Assembly: GCA_963422735.1 (NCBI GenBank)
Contig: OY730476.1
Coordinates: 320,001 to 384,000, forward strand
Origin: Candidatus Latescibacterota bacterium
GTDB taxonomy: Bacteria > Latescibacterota > UBA2968 > UBA8231
DNA length: 64,000 nucleotides
Reading direction: 5' to 3'
Both the position numbers and the translations under genes were made by a program. The notes under the pieces are model-generated. The model searched no databases, was not told the origin of the DNA, and worked only from the letters and a program-made list of their open reading frames with translations. Shown here one piece after another: positions 40,637 to 48,621 of the stretch; within the stretch, counting starts at the first letter, position 1, and each line of letters begins with the position of its first letter.

Positions 40637-40786
40637 TATACAAAAGCAAGGCCTAGGCGGAAGTGCCGAAGCAGAAAGAAGGTGAGCGAACCACATCCTG
40701 GGCTTTACTTCACATCTCATTCCCTCGTCCCGTAGCCTCGCAGCACTTGGTCGCGGGCCTACGGGCGTATTGAGGAGGTAGAAGTT

Positions 40787-41059
40787 ATGAACACGTTGCG
40801 GGAGTTTTTCACGTCGTCGAGCGGGTTGGTGCCGGCTCGGCAGGGGCTGTCGCTGGGGTGGGTCATCAGTGCCCTCGTAGGGGTCGCCATTCTGGTCGGG
40901 GCAGAGGAAGCTGAAGCCCAAGATTGTCCGTCTACTTCGTTTGATTGCGAATACATGTATCCCACACACTGCACGAAATATTTTCCGACCCGGTGCTGCG
41001 TGATTAAGCTGGACCATAATTGCAGGAGCACTCTAGAATATTGTTTCTGCACCCCCTAA
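40787..41059 (+). CDS. Cys-rich secreted peptide precursor 3 (90 aa; 46-aa 8-Cys core)
   Basis: GAGGAGGT RBS; MNTLREFFTSSSGLVPARQGLSLGWVISALVGVAILVGAEEAEA-QDCPSTSFDCEYMYPTHCTKYFPTRCCVIKLDHNCRSTLEYCFCTP. Confidence 0.9.
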   Translation: MNTLREFFTSSSGLVPARQGLSLGWVISALVGVAILVGAEEAEAQDCPSTSFDCEYMYPTHCTKYFPTRCCVIKLDHNCRSTLEYCFCTP

Positions 41060-41110
41060 GAGCCATAGCTACTGACATAGCTATGAGGCTATTTCTCCGG
41101 CTAAGGTGCT

Positions 41111-41151
41111 AAGAGGGCTAGCTTAATCGTAGCGATCGAGCTAGCCCTCTT
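41111..41151 (+). terminator. Hairpin between precursor 3 and its FG-GAP gene
   Basis: AAGAGGGCTAGCTTAATCG-TAG-CGATCGAGCTAGCCCTCTT. Confidence 0.7.
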
Positions 41152-41201
41152 CTCAACTACCTAGAGAGGGTATCAGTCGGAATTTCGGAAAGGAGTGGAC
41201 T

Positions 41202-43343
41202 ATGATGTTGCTATTGACCGTTGTTGCAGGCGTCGTGCTATTGGGCAGTTCCGCCGTGGCGATCAAGTGGGATTTCGACGACGGGACAACGCAAGGGTGG
41301 TCCGCCAAGGAAGCTCTTACATGGGGGGGTACGCGTGAATTGTATCTGTTGCCGGGGGTGGTCGAAGACGGTGTGTGGAGAATCACGGTCGATCCCTATG
41401 TCACCAAAAGCCATTATAGTTCGGCGAGTATTTTCGTGAGTTCTTCTGCCGAATTGATTTCTCCTACTATAGGGTACGATTCGGATCTGTTCGACCATGT
41501 CCGCATCCGGTTCCGCACCGTCCATGACCTCCCTACGGTCGGTAGTTTTTCGATCTCTTGGACCAACGAGCACAACGCTAGGTTGGATATAGAAGATTTT
41601 TCTGAGGACCAGTTTGTCCTCCCCCTCCAATCCATAGTCTATACCACCGAGTGGCAGGAAGTGGTGATCGCCTTGGGGCATCAAGACGAGACGATATGGG
41701 AAGGTCTGTTAAAAGATATTCAGCTAAGTTTTGTACTGGATAGAGCGGACGCCCCTCTGTTGGGCGAGCTAGTCAAGTGGTTTGAGATCGACTGGATCGA
41801 GTTGACCGGTGTGGAAGAGCAATTACAGGGGGAATTAGCCCCTCCTTACGTGGACTATTTTCGCTGGGATGAGGCTGGCGTTTTTGCCCCGCCGGTGTTC
41901 TATCCGATTGCGTCGGGCATAGGAAAAGGTCAACTAGGACAGGCCGGCAGCGTGTTGACGGACTTGGATGGCGATGGCGACACAGACCTGTTGGCTGTCT
42001 GGCGGTACCATCAGAGGAGGTCTCCTACGACGGGCTGGCTGATGGCTGTCAATGACGGGCAAGGGGCCTTGGAACTGAGGCGCATAGAGGAGGTAGTTTC
42101 CACAGGGCAGCCTAGTACCGATGCAGCATCTGGCATCACAACCATCTCATTGGTGAGCGCAGAGGTGCTAGGTGCTGATTTGACGGGCGATGGGCAAGAC
42201 GAAATCGCGATATCTATAAGCAATAATAATAGTCTCGTAACAGAGGTTTGGTCTATCGATCCGGAACTCCAAGTCGAGGTGCTGGTGCAGATTAAAGATA
42301 GATGGCTCAGGAATGTGGCGGATTGGGATGGTGATGGCCGGGTCGAATTATTTGTAGGGAAGACTACGTTTGAGGGAAGCATTTTAGAGGTCTGGGATGT
42401 AGCACAGGGCGTGTGGACCGCCGAGGAGGTAGGTGTGGCCGAAAGGCATTCGCCCGACACCATCGGCGACTTTACCGGCGATGGCGCACTCGACGTGTTG
42501 TGGCTCCCGATCGCTGATCTGGTGAACACGTGGATTATGAGTCCCTTGGGCGAGGATCTGCAAAGAGGCGAGGTATTTGAATTCGATGAGTGGAAGCAGT
42601 TATTGGGGGTGGGCGATTTTGATGGCAATGGTCAGGTGGATTTTCTCACGGAGTTCTTCTTTGATGGAATGGAAGGCAGCAAGGGGCTGGCCTTGCAGCA
42701 AAAGAGCACCGGGGATCGCGTAGAAGCGGCGGTGCTGTATGATGAGCGACTGTTTCGCGGTTCGCCAGTGGAGATACGCGACCTCAACGCCGATGGGGTA
42801 GAAGACTGGGTGTTTATCGGTGGAGACCGCGCCTCGGGCTTTGGGGTGTTTGTCGAATGGGGCGGCAGTGTCCGTCCTACCCAAGCCGGGGAGCGGCATC
42901 GGCTGGAGGGCAGGGCGACCACCGTGCTGTCGGGGGATATGGATGGGGACGGCGATGTGGACTTGGTGGTGTTGGATCCGATCTTGGGTGGGGTGCATGT
43001 GCTCAAGAGTTCGTTGGGCGAGCAGGCGACCGCGGTACTGACGACCGCAGCCGTGCGGCCGGCGCAGTATCGGCTGGGCGACAGCTATCCGAATCCATTC
43101 AATCCCCAAGTGGTGATTCCCCTCGATTTGGCGACAGACGCGGCGGGGGTGTCGCTGCGGGTGTACGATGTGTTGGGTCAGCAGGTGCGGCAGTTATGGG
43201 ACGGGCCGCTGGCGGCGGGTAGCCATCGGTTTGTGTGGAATGGCCGCGACGAGGAGGGTAAGGAAGTGGCCGCTGGCGTGTATATCTATAAGGTTGAGAT
43301 GGATGGACAGATACAAGCGAGGAAGACGACGAGACTGCCGTGA
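41202..43343 (+). CDS. Secreted FG-GAP/VCBS-repeat protein with FlgD-Ig/T9SS-like domain, cassette 3
   Basis: Full-length paralog of 22063 and 25201; AAGGAG RBS. Confidence 0.9.
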   Translation: MMLLLTVVAGVVLLGSSAVAIKWDFDDGTTQGWSAKEALTWGGTRELYLLPGVVEDGVWRITVDPYVTKSHYSSASIFVSSSAELISPTIGYDSDLFDHVRIRFRTVHDLPTVGSFSISWTNEHNARLDIEDFSEDQFVLPLQSIVYTTEWQEVVIALGHQDETIWEGLLKDIQLSFVLDRADAPLLGELVKWFEIDWIELTGVEEQLQGELAPPYVDYFRWDEAGVFAPPVFYPIASGIGKGQLGQAGSVLTDLDGDGDTDLLAVWRYHQRRSPTTGWLMAVNDGQGALELRRIEEVVSTGQPSTDAASGITTISLVSAEVLGADLTGDGQDEIAISISNNNSLVTEVWSIDPELQVEVLVQIKDRWLRNVADWDGDGRVELFVGKTTFEGSILEVWDVAQGVWTAEEVGVAERHSPDTIGDFTGDGALDVLWLPIADLVNTWIMSPLGEDLQRGEVFEFDEWKQLLGVGDFDGNGQVDFLTEFFFDGMEGSKGLALQQKSTGDRVEAAVLYDERLFRGSPVEIRDLNADGVEDWVFIGGDRASGFGVFVEWGGSVRPTQAGERHRLEGRATTVLSGDMDGDGDVDLVVLDPILGGVHVLKSSLGEQATAVLTTAAVRPAQYRLGDSYPNPFNPQVVIPLDLATDAAGVSLRVYDVLGQQVRQLWDGPLAAGSHRFVWNGRDEEGKEVAAGVYIYKVEMDGQIQARKTTRLP

Positions 43344-43345
43344 GT

Positions 43346-43477
43346 TCAGCGAGTGCGGTTGCCCAAGCTTATCAGATCGGGGGCGTGCCGCAGTTTTACG
43401 TGGTGAGCGAGGAGGGGACCATCGCTTCTTTTGCGCGAGGGATGCCTCCGGTGTGGGAAGCCGTGCAAAAGCTATAA
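43346..43477 (+). pseudogene. 3' remnant of the TlpA-like gene
   Basis: Homologous to 30096-30227 (AVAQAYQIGGVPQFYVV..GMPPVWEAVQKL-stop). Confidence 0.9.
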
Positions 43478-43499
43478 CCGGGGAGGACCTACTATTGCC

Positions 43500-43586
43500 T
43501 TTCACGAAACGCATCAGGCTATCTCGAGCGGCGAAATGGCAGAGCGTACATTAATGCTCGATCTTCATCCCTTGAGAGGGGCATAA
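43500..43586 (+). pseudogene. 3' remnant of the GT2 gene
   Basis: Homologous to 35153-35239 (FHETHQ..MAERTLMLDLHPLRGA-stop). Confidence 0.9.
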
Positions 43587-43589
43587 GGC

Positions 43590-44933
43590 ATGAGACGGCC
43601 ATGGAAGGTTCCGCTGCAAAAAGATAGAAGACTGCAAAGTTGCTTGGCGCTGTCGCTGGCCTTGCATCTGCTGGCGATGTTTGGCGTCGCGCACCGCGAG
43701 CGGGTTACTCAATTCCCTGTCCTCCCGCCGATCATGGTGAAGTTTACCAAACGGCCACCGCCGCAGCGCACCCTCACCCGTCGCCAACGGCCCCACCAAC
43801 GGCCCTTGGTGCGCCGCCCGGCCCTGCAAGCGGCCCCGGTCGAGGCCGTGCGGCCGGCTCCCTCGGCGGTGCGCCCGCTGCCGGTGTTCCAGACCTCGGC
43901 TCCCCGGCTGTCGACGGCTTCGCTGCCGGATCGGGTGGTGTTGCCCGTGCCGGATTTTCCGGCTCGGCACATTGGCCCGCACCTGCGGGTTGGGGCGTTG
44001 GAAGGGACGCGGCAGGGCGCGGACGAGATTGACTTGGGCTTGGAGATGATGGATGTGCAGGCGCTGGACACGGGGCGGCACCGGGCGATGGTCGTGGTCG
44101 ATCCCAAAGATCGGCGCAACCTCAAGGGGTTCCTCTATATGTCCGGCCTCTACAGCCCTTCTATTGAACGGGCTGAAGAGAGTGAACAGGCCGAAAACAA
44201 GCAAGTGCGCTGGTATCACCAGATGCCGCGCCAAATGGTGGAACGGCGGATGCTGCAAGGATTGGCCGATAAGATGACTGCCAGTACGCAGGTCCACGTC
44301 GGAGTGCGCGACGCAGTCGCCCTTGACGACCCGCAGCTTTTGCAGGTCCCCTTCGTGCTGCTAACTGTCAATACCCCCTTTGAGTTTACGGACAGCGAGG
44401 CGGCCAATCTAGGGGCGTATTTGACCGGCGGCGGCTTCCTGTTTGTGGATATTGTCCGCATGTTGTGGAACAATTATAGAGACGACGAATTAGACATTCC
44501 CTCGGTGCGTTCCCTCATTCGCGCCAGCTTCCAAGCGGCAGGCTATCAAGAATGGAAGGATTGGCAGTTTAGCCGCCTAGAGCTAACCCATCCGCTCTAT
44601 CATTGCTTCTACGATGTAAACAGCCTGCCGCGCGGGATGCGCGATATGCACTTTATAGTGGGCAAACAAGATACGCCACTAACCCCGGACTACTTGGAGG
44701 GCATAATGGTAGGGGAGCATTTGGCCGGGGCGTATTCGATGCGTGGGTACGCTGATTTCTGGGCGGGTATCGGTTGGGAGAACCTCGATTGGGCTTTGAT
44801 GAATGGCGTAAGCAACAGCGCGTTTCTCGCCAGTGCCGAAGAGCCGTTGGTGTATAGTTTGGGCATCAATATCGTGGTGTACGCGTTGACGCGCGAGGGA
44901 TCACTGGCACGGCAATTGGTCACCGCGGACTAA
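43590..44933 (+). CDS. DUF4159-domain protein (copy 2)
   Basis: N-terminal ~190 aa identical to 35243..36583; patchy divergence in the C-terminal domain. Confidence 0.8.
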   Translation: MRRPWKVPLQKDRRLQSCLALSLALHLLAMFGVAHRERVTQFPVLPPIMVKFTKRPPPQRTLTRRQRPHQRPLVRRPALQAAPVEAVRPAPSAVRPLPVFQTSAPRLSTASLPDRVVLPVPDFPARHIGPHLRVGALEGTRQGADEIDLGLEMMDVQALDTGRHRAMVVVDPKDRRNLKGFLYMSGLYSPSIERAEESEQAENKQVRWYHQMPRQMVERRMLQGLADKMTASTQVHVGVRDAVALDDPQLLQVPFVLLTVNTPFEFTDSEAANLGAYLTGGGFLFVDIVRMLWNNYRDDELDIPSVRSLIRASFQAAGYQEWKDWQFSRLELTHPLYHCFYDVNSLPRGMRDMHFIVGKQDTPLTPDYLEGIMVGEHLAGAYSMRGYADFWAGIGWENLDWALMNGVSNSAFLASAEEPLVYSLGINIVVYALTREGSLARQLVTAD

Positions 44934-44958
44934 TGAATGTTTAAATAAGGATATCATC

Positions 44959-45252
44959 ATGATACGCATTAACACATTGAACTGCTGCGGCCGGACCTTA
45001 ACCATCGAACTAATGGGGTATATCAATAAGACGGAGTTCGACATCCTGCATGATTTCCTAAAATCGCATGTCGAGGAAGGGATAACGGAGGTCTGCATCG
45101 TGGCGAATGAAGTGCGGAGCCTCAATCCATTGCTCGAGCGAGAGGCGATCCGTTTGGGGCAATTGGGCCTGACGTTGCGCTTCCAGCAACTCGCTCGTAC
45201 CATGAAGGGCGTATTAGAAAGCTGGGATTTGGAGGAGTGGATAGATGATTAG
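44959..45252 (+). CDS. Small STAS-like hypothetical protein
   Basis: 97 aa, LTIELMGYIN..EVCIVANEVRSL pattern resembling STAS fold; AAGGA RBS; overlaps next gene. Confidence 0.4.
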   Translation: MIRINTLNCCGRTLTIELMGYINKTEFDILHDFLKSHVEEGITEVCIVANEVRSLNPLLEREAIRLGQLGLTLRFQQLARTMKGVLESWDLEEWIDD

Positions 45253-46900
45253 AGCGATGGGTCATTGGCTCGGCTTGGCCGTGCTCTGCTGCACTCCGGC
45301 GCTGGCTGGCGAGTGGGTGCAAGAGGGAGCCGACAGTTTCTCGGCCGGCACTTTTTCCGGCACGGAGATCGATCGCTTGGGACAAGTGTCGCTGGCCTCC
45401 TTTCGCGGGGTCAACCTCGCCTTGGATGCGGTGGCGTCCTCTGGGCCAAACACCTTGAGCGGCCGGCGCAGCGTCACCGACGGCGATACCGACACCGAGT
45501 GGCGCTTTGACAATGAGGTCGAAGTGTTGGGCAAGTGGATTCGGATCGATTTGGGCGGCGACCGCGGCGTGCGCCAAGTGCGTCTCTTGCCGGGCAAGAC
45601 GGTGGCCCAACGGCCGCTGTTTTTCGTCAAAGGCTACCGCCTCGAAGTGGCGCAGGAGACCACGCCCGACGATTGGGTGTTGGTGGCGCAACAGGCGGAA
45701 AACACCCGTCCGACGGTCGATACGTCGGTGGATTCAACGTGGATCGAGACCAGCGCGGACGGGGGGCCGCTGCCGGTGTTGGGCCGGTTTGTGCGCCTGC
45801 GCCTGACGCGCGAGGACCCACCCAACTGGGTCTCCATCGGCGAGGTGGAAGTGTTCGGCGAGGGCTTCCGCGCCGAGGGGACGTTTGCGTCGGCTGTGTT
45901 CGACGCCGGGCAGCCGGTCAACGTGGGGCGGGTGTGGTTTGCTGGCCAAACGCCGCCGGGCACGGTCTTGCGGGTGCAGTTTCGCACCTCGGTTGATGGG
46001 CAGGCGTGGCCCGAGTGGCACCGGGTGCCGGCGTGGGACTTGGCAGCAGTCGGCGAGGGCGTGGCCCTGACCGAGCCGGAGCCGGCGCGGTTTGTGCAGT
46101 ATCGGGCGGTCATGGAAACGCGCGATCCACTGCGTGCACCGAGGCTGGCACAGGTGGCGGTCGCCTTTGGGGAACAGCTTTTTGCGCGGGCGGTGGCCGG
46201 GGCCGTTGCGCCGGCGCGGCCGGTGTTGGGCGAGGAGACCGCGTTCACTTATACCCTCGATGTGGAAATCGGCCCGGACGATCTCGGCTTTGACCGAGTG
46301 CATATCGGCCTGCCGGGCGTGGTGCGGCAGGTGCGGTTCGGTGGGGTGGTGCTGCCGGAGGATGCGTATGAGGCCGGGTGGGGCGATGAGGGTATTCGGT
46401 TGGTGTTGGGGGCCGAATACGGTGTGGCCCGGTCGGGGCGGCTCGAAGTGGAATTTGCGTCGGTGCTGTTGCAGCCGACGCTGGCGGTGCGGGCGGCCGT
46501 TGCCTTGGGCGATAGAGCGGATTGGCAGTATGTGCGGCCGGTGGCGGAAGATGCTTGGACTTTGGTGGGCGAGGGGGTGGTCGGCCGCGCCCTGCCGCGC
46601 GCTGGCGTGTCGGTGCGGCCCAATCCCTTCAACGCGGCCTCGGGTGCGGCCCAAATTCAGATCGACTTGGCCAAGGTGCAGCACCCGCAGGCGTTGACAG
46701 TGGCCCTGTACGACTTGGCGGGACGGCGGGTGCGAGTACTGTGGGACGGGTGGGCCGCTGCGGCCGGGCGCAAGCGCTTGGCGTGGGATGGCCGCGACGC
46801 GAGCGGGGGGCTGGTCGCGCTCGGGCATTATCTGCTGCGCGTCGAAATTGATGCCGACCGCGCTGATGTGTGGACGGGGCTGGTCGGGGTGGTGTACTGA
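45245..46900 (+). CDS. Secreted protein with discoidin (F5/8 type C)-like domain and C-terminal FlgD-Ig domain
   Basis: Signal peptide; VTDGDTDTEW, WIRIDLG, GRFVRL..VSIGEVEVF; PNPFN..WDGRD. Confidence 0.75.
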   Translation: MIRAMGHWLGLAVLCCTPALAGEWVQEGADSFSAGTFSGTEIDRLGQVSLASFRGVNLALDAVASSGPNTLSGRRSVTDGDTDTEWRFDNEVEVLGKWIRIDLGGDRGVRQVRLLPGKTVAQRPLFFVKGYRLEVAQETTPDDWVLVAQQAENTRPTVDTSVDSTWIETSADGGPLPVLGRFVRLRLTREDPPNWVSIGEVEVFGEGFRAEGTFASAVFDAGQPVNVGRVWFAGQTPPGTVLRVQFRTSVDGQAWPEWHRVPAWDLAAVGEGVALTEPEPARFVQYRAVMETRDPLRAPRLAQVAVAFGEQLFARAVAGAVAPARPVLGEETAFTYTLDVEIGPDDLGFDRVHIGLPGVVRQVRFGGVVLPEDAYEAGWGDEGIRLVLGAEYGVARSGRLEVEFASVLLQPTLAVRAAVALGDRADWQYVRPVAEDAWTLVGEGVVGRALPRAGVSVRPNPFNAASGAAQIQIDLAKVQHPQALTVALYDLAGRRVRVLWDGWAAAAGRKRLAWDGRDASGGLVALGHYLLRVEIDADRADVWTGLVGVVY

Positions 46901-46961
46901 GTACGGAGGACCTACCCCCTAGCCTCTCAGGGGTAGGTCCTAGCTCCCAAGGAGAAACGAG

Positions 46962-48539
46962 ATGCGTTTTTTCAACACGGCTGGCCCCATCCGGCCCGAC
47001 GACCACTACCACATCCCGCCGTTGGAGCGCTTGGATTTGGACGGGATGTTGACCCTCATCGGGCAAAAAAAGTACTTCGTGCTACACGCGCCACGGCAGA
47101 CGGGCAAGACGTCGGCACTGCTGGTGCTGCGCGACTTGCTCAATGCCCGAGGCGATTACCGCTGCGCGTACGTCAATGTGGAAGGTGGGCAAGCTGGGCG
47201 CGAGAATGTAGAACAGGTGATACGCACCATTTTGGGAGCGCTGGCGTCTCGGGCACGCTTGACACTGGGCGACGAATTTTTGGGCAAGGTCTGGCCGGGC
47301 CTCCTCGCCGAGGTCGGGCCGGGTGTTGCGCTACAGGAGGCGTTGACGCGCTGATCGGAGGCTGATCCTAGGCCCTTGGTCCTGCTGATTGACGAGATTG
47401 ACGCCCTCATCGGCGATTCGCTGCTGTCGGTGCTGCGTCAGTTGCGGGCCGGCTACGACCTGCGGCCGGAGGGCTTTCCGCAGAGCGTGGTGTTGTGCGG
47501 GGTGCGCGATGTGCGCGACTACCGGATTCAATCGACCGCGGAAAACGCGATCATCGCCGGCGGCAGTGCGTTCAACATCAAAGCGCGGTCGCTGCGATTA
47601 AGTGACTTTTCGCGGCAGGAGGTTCTATCGTTGCTGAGGCAGCACACGGAAGAAACAGGCCAAGCGTTTACGGCCGAGGCGCAGGACGCGGTCTGGACGC
47701 AGACGCAAGGGCAGCCGTGGCTGGTCAATGCCTTGGCCTACGAAACCTGCTTTGAGCACGAGGTGGGGTCTGCCCGTTCCCGTCCTATTGACATCGCCGC
47801 CCTCCGCACCGCGCGCGAACAGCTCATTGTGCGGCGCGAGACGCACTTGGATCAGTTGACCAACAAGCTCAAGGAGGAGCGCGTGCGCCGGGTGGTCGAG
47901 CCGCTGTTGAGCGGGGCCAAACAGAGCGCGTTTTCGGCGCGGGATCTGGAATATGTCCGCGATTTGGGCTTGATCCCCCCGGATGATCCGCTGCGCATGG
48001 CCAATCCGATCTACGCGGAAGTGGTGCCGCGCGAACTGACTTATGCGATCCAAGCAGGCCTTGCCGAGGACGCGGCGTGGTATGTGGATGCGGCCGGCGG
48101 GTTGGATGTGGGCAAGCTGCTGGCGTCGTTTCAGCAATTTTTTCGCGAGCACTCGGAGCACTGGGTGGAGCGGTTCCAGTACAAGGAAGCGGGTCCGCAA
48201 CTGCTACTGCAGGCGTTTTTGCAGCGGATTGTCAACAGCGGCGGTCGGATCGAGCGCGAATACGGCTTGGGTCGGATGCGGACGGACTTGCTGCTCGTGT
48301 GGCCGCAGGGCGAGCAGATGCTCAAAGTTGTGATCGAATGCAAAATTCTGCATAAGAGTTTGGAGCAGACGGTTGCCGAGGGGTTGGAACAGACGGCTGA
48401 GTACATGGATCGGTGCGCGGCCGAGGGAGGGCATCTGGTGATATTCGACCGGCGTGAAAACAGGCGTTGGGACGACAAGGTGTTTCACTGTCGCCGGGCG
48501 TCCGACCGGGGCGTCGAGATCGACGTGTGGGGGATATGA
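46962..48539 (+). pseudogene. AAA-family ATPase with C-terminal PD-(D/E)XK-like domain, interrupted by in-frame TGA at 47352
   Basis: MRFFNTAGP, APRQTGKTS, ALTR*SEADPRPLVLLIDEID in one frame, REYGLG..RTDLL..IECK. Confidence 0.8.
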
Positions 48540-48621
48540 GACCTAACCCCCGAACCCCTTCCGCATCAGCTAGGGTTTTATCACAATTTTCCCCTCGCAA
48601 AGAGGGCCGGGGGGATGAGTC

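Noticed and set aside
21628-41059. Ranthipeptide, sactipeptide or lanthipeptide precursors
   Set aside because: No radical SAM (CxxxCxxC), LanB/C/M or YcaO enzyme in the window; hydrophobic export leaders and thioredoxins point to disulfides.
35243-44933. Diversity-generating retroelement behind the paralog variation
   Set aside because: No reverse transcriptase in the window; differences include indels and are not adenine-specific.
45734-46828. Long antisense or alternate-frame ORFs (also 16799-17743, 37109-38083, 50248-51207)
   Set aside because: Shadow ORFs of well-supported genes in high-GC DNA, without recognisable motifs.
47352-47354. TGA recoded as selenocysteine or Trp
   Set aside because: Many genes here end in TGA, the position is not a redox site, and no SECIS-like element is evident; nonsense mutation or error is simpler.
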